DNA of 64,000 nucleotides from Thalassobaculaceae bacterium (GTDB lineage Bacteria; Pseudomonadota; Alphaproteobacteria; Thalassobaculales; Thalassobaculaceae): NCBI GenBank assembly GCA_965228875.1, contig OZ245843.1, positions 3,206,616 to 3,270,615 of the forward strand, read 5' to 3'. Shown piece by piece: positions 58,884 to 64,000 of this stretch (position 1 is its first letter; each line of letters starts with the position of its first letter). The notes under the pieces were generated by a model. It saw only the letters and a program-made list of their open reading frames with translations, ran no database searches and was not told where the DNA came from. The position numbers and the translations under genes were made by a program.

Positions 58884-58974
58884 CGGCGGCAATCCCTGCG
58901 TGACAGTAAGAAGACCGTCCCTAGCACAGTCCCGCCCGCCAAGCCTACCGCGTCGACCGACATGCCCGTCCGGA

Positions 58975-59781
58975 CTATTCCGCCGCCGCCTGGGTCGCGT
59001 GCGCTGCCACCAGCGGGGTCAGGCAGTCATCCTCCAGCGGCACGATCGGCGTGAAGTCGCGGTGGGCGATCCACTCCTTGCGTTTGAACTGGCGGATGTG
59101 GTTCGAAACCGCGCACAGGCTGAGGTAGACGATCGTCCGGTGCCACGGGCTGATGTTGGCCGGGCTGGCGTGGACCAGATTGCCGTGGAACAGCAGAACC
59201 GAACCGGCCGGACCGGTCGGCGCGACGATCCCGCCCTCCTCCGCGAGCCGGGTCACGGTCTCGCGGTCCAGGGTCCAGAGCGGGTAGCTCGTGGTCTCCA
59301 GGTCGTGTCCCGCCTCGAACACGCCGGTCTTGTGGCTGCGCGGGATGAACATCAGGGGCCCGTTGGCGACGGTCACCGGATCGAGGAACACGGCGATGTT
59401 CATCGCCCGCGGCTCCGGCATGGCGTCGTCGCGCTGCCAGGTTCCGTAGTCCTGATGCCACTGCCAGACCTCGCCGTCGAACGCGGCCTTCGCGTTGACC
59501 TTGTACTGGTGCATGTAGACCTCCTCGCCGAGGATCTGCATCACCGGTTCCACAAGGCGTGGATGCGCGCCCAGCCGGCCGAAGGCGTCGTTGTAGAGGT
59601 GGGCGGCGAAGGCCGTGCGCGGCGCGCCGGAGGACTCGCGCCAGACCTCCTCGCGCTCCAGCGCGTAGACCTTCATCGCCTCGGCGAGAAGCATCGCCGC
59701 CTCGGCCTCGCTGAAGGCGCTCTCCAGAAACAGATATCCATCGCGGTCGAAGGTCTCGAGCTGCGCGTCGCTGAGTTTCAT
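58975..59781 (-). CDS. PhyH-family 2OG-Fe(II) dioxygenase (EctD/proline hydroxylase-related)
   Basis: QYKVNAK, WQWHQDYGTW, NGPL..IP.SH, FHGNLVHAS, R.IVY. GGAGG RBS. Confidence 0.87.
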   Translation of the reverse strand: MKLSDAQLETFDRDGYLFLESAFSEAEAAMLLAEAMKVYALEREEVWRESSGAPRTAFAAHLYNDAFGRLGAHPRLVEPVMQILGEEVYMHQYKVNAKAAFDGEVWQWHQDYGTWQRDDAMPEPRAMNIAVFLDPVTVANGPLMFIPRSHKTGVFEAGHDLETTSYPLWTLDRETVTRLAEEGGIVAPTGPAGSVLLFHGNLVHASPANISPWHRTIVYLSLCAVSNHIRQFKRKEWIAHRDFTPIVPLEDDCLTPLVAAHATQAAAE

Positions 59782-59940
59782 CACTTTCCTCCCGATCGAA
59801 CGATTTTTTTCAAGCGTACGGCCCCGCCTTGCCCTGGGCAAGCGACGCCGCGGACCCCGGCGTCCAAGCAGCGGCTTGCCTTGGGCGGCCCGCAGCGCGA
59901 CAGTCAGCGCCGGGCGGCTCCCCTTCCACGGCCCTGGTTC

Positions 59941-60621
59941 ATGATCCCGCGCGCCTTGCTGATCCTCGTGATTGTCCTGACCGGCCTGTCGCCGCTGTCG
60001 TCGCCGGCTCAGGATCGGCGGGCCGTCGACGGCCGGGTCACCGTCGCCTCGAACACCCACCCCTGGGCGTCGATCGGCCGGCTGAACGTCGCCGGCTTCA
60101 GGGTCCGCCGCCATTGCACCGCCGCGCTGGTTTCCTCCGACCTTGTGCTCACCGCCCGCCACTGCCTGACGGGGCTCGGCGGCGGGGCCTGGGCGGATCC
60201 GTCCAAGGTCCATTTCCTCGCCGGCTATGCGCGCGGGCGGTTCTCCGCGCACCGGACCGCCTCCGGCTACATCCCCGTCGGTCGTGAAGCGACCCTCGTG
60301 CGCCTGTCGGCGCCGGTCGACCTGCCGCCGCTGCCGATCCACGACGGGAGTGCGCCGCCGGCCGGTGCGGCTCTGGCCCAGGCCGGGTACAGTGCCGACA
60401 AGAGCCATGTCCTGACCGTCGACCCGGCCTGCTCCTTCCTCGGTGCGCGGCCCGGCGGGCGGTGGCGCCACGACTGCGAGGCGGTCTCCGGCGATTCCGG
60501 TTCGCCCCTGCTGATCGACCGGCCCGGGGGCCTGAGCATCGCGGCGATCCATGTCGGCCGCATCGACGGGGTCGGCGACGCCGAGCCGGTCCCGGCCGAG
60601 CGGATCGCGGCCGCGCAGTAG
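59941..60621 (+). CDS. Secreted trypsin-like serine protease (V8/YdgD-like)
   Basis: Signal peptide; PW.SIGRL, CTAALV..DLVLTARHC, AGY, GDSGSP. Confidence 0.8.
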   Translation: MIPRALLILVIVLTGLSPLSSPAQDRRAVDGRVTVASNTHPWASIGRLNVAGFRVRRHCTAALVSSDLVLTARHCLTGLGGGAWADPSKVHFLAGYARGRFSAHRTASGYIPVGREATLVRLSAPVDLPPLPIHDGSAPPAGAALAQAGYSADKSHVLTVDPACSFLGARPGGRWRHDCEAVSGDSGSPLLIDRPGGLSIAAIHVGRIDGVGDAEPVPAERIAAAQ

Positions 60622-60630
60622 CCAGCACCT

Positions 60631-60660
60631 CTTGATAAAGGATCGGCCGCCAACCATGTT
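60631..60660 (+). promoter_or_regulatory. RpoH (sigma32)-type promoter of hsp20
   Basis: CTTGAT-N17-CCATGT upstream of a small heat-shock gene. Confidence 0.65.
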
Positions 60661-60666
60661 TGTCGG

Positions 60667-60779
60667 GACCGATGCCGCAAGGATCGGGGCCGGCGGATTG
60701 CGCGATCGCGGATGCGCCGGTTCATGCCGGGTCTCTCGCCCGGACCGGATGTCTCGCTCGATTGAGGGGATTGCCGATG
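60667..60779 (+). ncRNA. ROSE-type RNA thermometer in the hsp20 5' UTR
   Basis: TCTC(G)CTC-gatt-GAGGGGA hairpin: the U(C)GCU motif pairs with the SD and has a bulged G; GC-rich leader upstream. Confidence 0.7.
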
Positions 60780-61241
60780 GCACGCATGTCCATGTTCAAC
60801 TCACCGCTCCTGCTCGGATTCGATCACTTCGAACGGGCACTCGACCGGGTCCAGAAGGCCCAGTCGGACGGCTACCCACCGTACAACATCGAACAGACGT
60901 CGGAGTCCGGCCTGCGAATCACGCTCGCGGTTGCCGGCTTCACCATGGACGATCTCGAGATCCATCTCGAGGGCAACCAGCTTGTCGTCCGAGGCCGACA
61001 GAACGATGACGACGGAAAGGTCTATCTCCACCGCGGGATCGCCGCCCGCCAGTTCCAGCGGACCTTCGTCCTCGCCGAGGGGATCGAGGTCGACGCAGCC
61101 GAACTCGACAGCGGCCTGCTGCACATCGATCTGCAGCGCCCGATCCCTGAGACCACGGTGAAGACAATCCCGATCAAGGGCGCGGCCCGTCAGGCCGACA
61201 CGATCGACGTCGAGGCCGACCGCGCGCAAGCAGGAGAGTGA
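60777..61241 (+). CDS. ibpA: Small heat-shock protein Hsp20 (IbpA-like)
   Basis: LLGFD, YPPYNIE, ITLAVAGF, YLHRGIAARQFQRTF.LA, GLLHIDL. Confidence 0.93.
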   Translation: MARMSMFNSPLLLGFDHFERALDRVQKAQSDGYPPYNIEQTSESGLRITLAVAGFTMDDLEIHLEGNQLVVRGRQNDDDGKVYLHRGIAARQFQRTFVLAEGIEVDAAELDSGLLHIDLQRPIPETTVKTIPIKGAARQADTIDVEADRAQAGE

Positions 61242-61242
61242 G

Positions 61243-61476
61243 ATGAGCGACGACAGCAATTCCGCCGCCGGCGCGCGGCGTTTCGAGATCTCCCCCCAGG
61301 ATCTGGGGACCCTCGGCCTCAACCAGATCGCCTTCATCAAGCCGGTCCGGGAGGACGGAGCGGAGGCTTATGTCGTGCATTCGGCCGACGGAACCGCGGT
61401 GCGGCTGTTTCCGACCCGCGAACTGGCGGAACTGGCGGTGCGCCAGAACGACCTGCATCCGCTCAGCGTCCACTGA
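61243..61476 (+). CDS. DUF1150-family small protein
   Basis: LG..QIAFIKPV, VHSADG, A..AVRQNDL.P.SVH; typical position after hsp20. Confidence 0.8.
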   Translation: MSDDSNSAAGARRFEISPQDLGTLGLNQIAFIKPVREDGAEAYVVHSADGTAVRLFPTRELAELAVRQNDLHPLSVH

Positions 61477-61529
61477 CGCGGACGCCGCCTTTCTTTCCAG
61501 ACGCTAAGTGAACGCGTGAACGCGGCCGA

Positions 61530-61994
61530 TCAGGCCGCGTGACTGGCCGCCGCCGCGCTGAACAGCGCGTAGATCGCGTCCGTGCTCTCGCAGCCGCGCA
61601 TCTTGGTGCAGACCGTGCGGTCGCGCAGCAGGCGCGACACCCGGGCGAGCGCCTTCAGGTGATCCGCACCGGCCGCCTCGGGCGCCAGCAGCAGCACCAC
61701 CAGATCGACCGGCTCGTCGTCGATCGAGTCGAAATCCACCGGCTTGTCCAGACGGGCGAAGACGGCATGCAGCCGATCCAGCTTGGCCAGCTTGCCGTGG
61801 GGAATGGCGATGCCGTGGCCGACCCCGGTTGTCCCCAGCCGCTCCCGCTCCAGCAGCACGTCGAAGATCTCCCGGGCCTCGACACCGGTCAGCGCCGACG
61901 CCTTGCGGGCGAGTTCCTGCAGGAGCTGCTTCTTGCTGGTGACCCTCAGGCTCGGGATGATTCCGTCGGTCGAGATCAGGTCCGTGATGTCCAT
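61530..61994 (-). CDS. ptsN: PTS EIIA(Ntr) nitrogen regulatory protein
   Basis: SKKQLLQEL, LERERLGTTGVGHGIAIPHGK, DFDSIDDEPVDL, HLKALARVSR. Confidence 0.95.
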   Translation of the reverse strand: MDITDLISTDGIIPSLRVTSKKQLLQELARKASALTGVEAREIFDVLLERERLGTTGVGHGIAIPHGKLAKLDRLHAVFARLDKPVDFDSIDDEPVDLVVLLLAPEAAGADHLKALARVSRLLRDRTVCTKMRGCESTDAIYALFSAAAASHAA

Positions 61995-62093
61995 GCTCGT
62001 GCTCGCTCTGCTGGCGCCCGCCTGTCACCAGGCGGGCGAAGTCGGGATCGTGCTCGATTGACCTGTTTCGTCGCTAGAAATCCGGGCCACCCC

Positions 62094-62675
62094 TCAGTCG
62101 GCGCCGGAAGCCCCCGCCGGATCGACCCAGCCGACGTTGCCGTCGGGCCTCCGGTATATCATGTTCATGCCCCCGTGGCCCCGGTTTCGGAACATCAGGG
62201 CCGGCGCCCCGGACAGGTCGAGACGCATGACCGCCTCGCCCACGGTCAGGGTGTCGACCGCCGTCTCCATTTCCGCGACCACGACGGGCGTCCACCCGGT
62301 CGGCTCCTCCGCCTCCTCCGCCTCGGGCTCGGCGGCCAGGATATACTGTTGGGCGGCGATCGCATCCGGCGCATGCCCGCGATGATGGTCCCGCAGACGG
62401 CGCTTGTAGCGTCGCAGACGCTTGTCCATGCGCTCGGCGGCGGCATCGAACGCCGCGTGGGCGTCGCCGGCCTTGCCTTCGCTCTGCACGGTGATGCCCT
62501 TGCCGATATGCACGACGACGTCGGTGGCGAACTGGCCACCGGACTTCGCCATGGTCACGGTCGCCTCGATCGGGTCCGAGAAATACTTGCTGGCGATCGC
62601 CTCGATCTCGGTCTCGATCCGCTCGCGCAGCGCATCACCCACGTCGAGCTGCTTGCCCTGGACAGATATCTGCAT
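62094..62675 (-). CDS. hpf: Ribosome hibernation promoting factor (long HPF / sigma54 modulation protein)
   Basis: GKQLDVGDAL, KRLRRYKRRL.DHH, LTVGEAVMRLDL, YRRPDGNVGWVDP. Confidence 0.93.
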   Translation of the reverse strand: MQISVQGKQLDVGDALRERIETEIEAIASKYFSDPIEATVTMAKSGGQFATDVVVHIGKGITVQSEGKAGDAHAAFDAAAERMDKRLRRYKRRLRDHHRGHAPDAIAAQQYILAAEPEAEEAEEPTGWTPVVVAEMETAVDTLTVGEAVMRLDLSGAPALMFRNRGHGGMNMIYRRPDGNVGWVDPAGASGAD

Positions 62676-62816
62676 TGCCTAATCCATTCGTTCGTCCGGC
62701 CTTCGCTAAAGGTGGGCCTGGACACCGGGTTTCAAAGAGGCTCCAACGAGCCTGCGGCGCGTTTTCTACGTCGCGCCGGCGCCACCCGATCCGGTCCCGT
62801 CTGAGCGAAGCGCCGG

Positions 62817-62845
62817 AACCTAAGTGTAGCGCGTTTCCAGGTCAA
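62817..62845 (-). promoter_or_regulatory. Putative sigma70 promoter for hpf-ptsN
   Basis: Minus strand TTGACC-N17-TAGGTT in the rpoN-hpf intergenic region. Confidence 0.55.
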
Positions 62846-62886
62846 CACGCGAGTCGGGAGGGGTGCGGCCGGGCCTTGTCGCGCCC

Positions 62887-64000
62887 CTATCGGCGGCCCG
62901 CCATCGCCGCCCGGTCGGCCTTCTCGCGTCGGCGTTGCACGCTCGAGGGAATCCGCATGGCCTCCCGATACTTGGCCACCGTCCTGCGGGCGATGTCGAC
63001 GCCGTCCGCACGCAGCAGTTCGACGATCCGGTCGTCCGAAAGGATGGCGTTCGCCGCCTCGGCGTCGATCAGTCCCTTGATGCGGTGGCGCACCGCCTCG
63101 GCGGAATGGGCCTCGCCACCGCCGGCCGACGCGATCGCCGAGGTGAAGAAGTACTTCAGCTCGAAGATCCCGCGGGGAGTGGCCGCGAACTTGTTGCTCG
63201 TCACCCGGCTCACGGTGCTCTCGTGCATGCCGATGGCGTCGGCGATGTCGCGCAGCACCAGCGGGCGCAGGTGCTGGATGCCGCGCTCGAAGAACGCGTC
63301 CTGCTGGCGCACGATCTCGCTCGAGACCTTGAGGATCGTCGTCGCCCGCTGATGCAGCGACCGGGTGAGCCAGTTCGCCGACTGCAGGCACTCCGACAGG
63401 TATTCCTTGGCCTTGCGGTCCTTCGCCGCGACCTTCGACACCTCGGTGTAATAGGCGTTGTTGACCAGAACGCGGGGAAGCGTGTCGCTGTTCAGCTCAA
63501 CCAGCCAGTTGCCGTCCGCCCCCTTTCGGATCAGCACGTCTGGCACGACCGGTTGGTCCAGGGGCCGGTCGAAGGCCTCGCCCGGCTTCGGGTTCAGGGC
63601 GCGGATCTCGGCGATCATGTCGACGAGATCCTCGTCGTCGACGCCGCAGGTCTTCTTCAGCGCCGCGACCTCGCGGCGGGCCAGCATGTCGAGATTGTCG
63701 AGCAGCGCCTGCATGTAGGGGTCTAGGCGGTCGCGGTCCGCAAGCTGTAGGGCCAGGCACTCCTTCAGATCCCGGGCCAACACGCCCGGCGGATCCAGCG
63801 CCTGAACCCTGGTCAGCACCCGTTCCACCTCGGCGGTGTCGGTGCCGAGCTGATCGGCCAGCGCCGCCACATCCCCGGAGAGGTAGCCGGCGGCATCGAC
63901 CATGTCGATCAGATGGGCGGCGATCAGCCGGTCGCGCGGATCGTCGAACTCGATCGACATCTGGTCGAGCAGGTGGTCCCGCAGGGTCTTGCTGTCGGCG
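62887..64000 (-). CDS. rpoN: RNA polymerase sigma-54 factor; 5' end lies outside the window
   Basis: ARDLKECLALQL, LRPLVLRDIA, MHESTVSRVT, RpoN box ARRTVAKYRE; frame stays open to the window edge. Confidence 0.97.
   Translation of the reverse strand, partial: ADSKTLRDHLLDQMSIEFDDPRDRLIAAHLIDMVDAAGYLSGDVAALADQLGTDTAEVERVLTRVQALDPPGVLARDLKECLALQLADRDRLDPYMQALLDNLDMLARREVAALKKTCGVDDEDLVDMIAEIRALNPKPGEAFDRPLDQPVVPDVLIRKGADGNWLVELNSDTLPRVLVNNAYYTEVSKVAAKDRKAKEYLSECLQSANWLTRSLHQRATTILKVSSEIVRQQDAFFERGIQHLRPLVLRDIADAIGMHESTVSRVTSNKFAATPRGIFELKYFFTSAIASAGGGEAHSAEAVRHRIKGLIDAEAANAILSDDRIVELLRADGVDIARRTVAKYREAMRIPSSVQRRREKADRAAMAGRR

Noticed and set aside
58975..59781. Ectoine hydroxylase ectD
   Set aside because: Signature is WQWHQDYGTWQRDD rather than FxWHSDFETWHxED, and there is no ectABC nearby; kept as a generic PhyH dioxygenase.

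Overview
GC-rich alphaproteobacterial (Rhodospirillales-like, inferred) chromosomal segment. The left flank has aminopeptidase P, a response regulator and a PAS hybrid histidine kinase. The right flank has a PhyH dioxygenase, a trypsin-like protease, an RpoH/ROSE-controlled hsp20-DUF1150 pair, ptsN, hpf and rpoN. Between them lies a ~53 kb (5.6-58.9 kb) surface-glycosylation island. It encodes two related Ser/Thr-rich RTX-repeat proteins, a PrtD/PrtE-type type I secretion pair, and about 13-14 apparently soluble glycosyltransferases, five of them TPR-GT-B proteins resembling FlmG-type protein glycosyltransferases. Its donor-sugar pathways are unusual: (i) transaldolase + SIS isomerase + GmhB + domain-swapped HldE + split transketolase; (ii) a DAHP/KDO8P-synthase-fold enzyme with altered active-site motifs + a divergent shikimate dehydrogenase + a stand-alone SAF domain + two CMP-ulosonate synthetase homologues; (iii) 2OG-Fe(II) oxygenases, methyltransferases, a sulfotransferase and a pyranose mutase. 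I recognise no lipid-carrier, flippase, polymerase or oligosaccharyltransferase gene in the window. Best hypothesis (inference): a cytoplasmic system that glycosylates T1SS-secreted RTX/S-layer-like proteins with higher-carbon or ulosonic sugars of unknown structure. All family calls are by eye from motifs; no database search was run.
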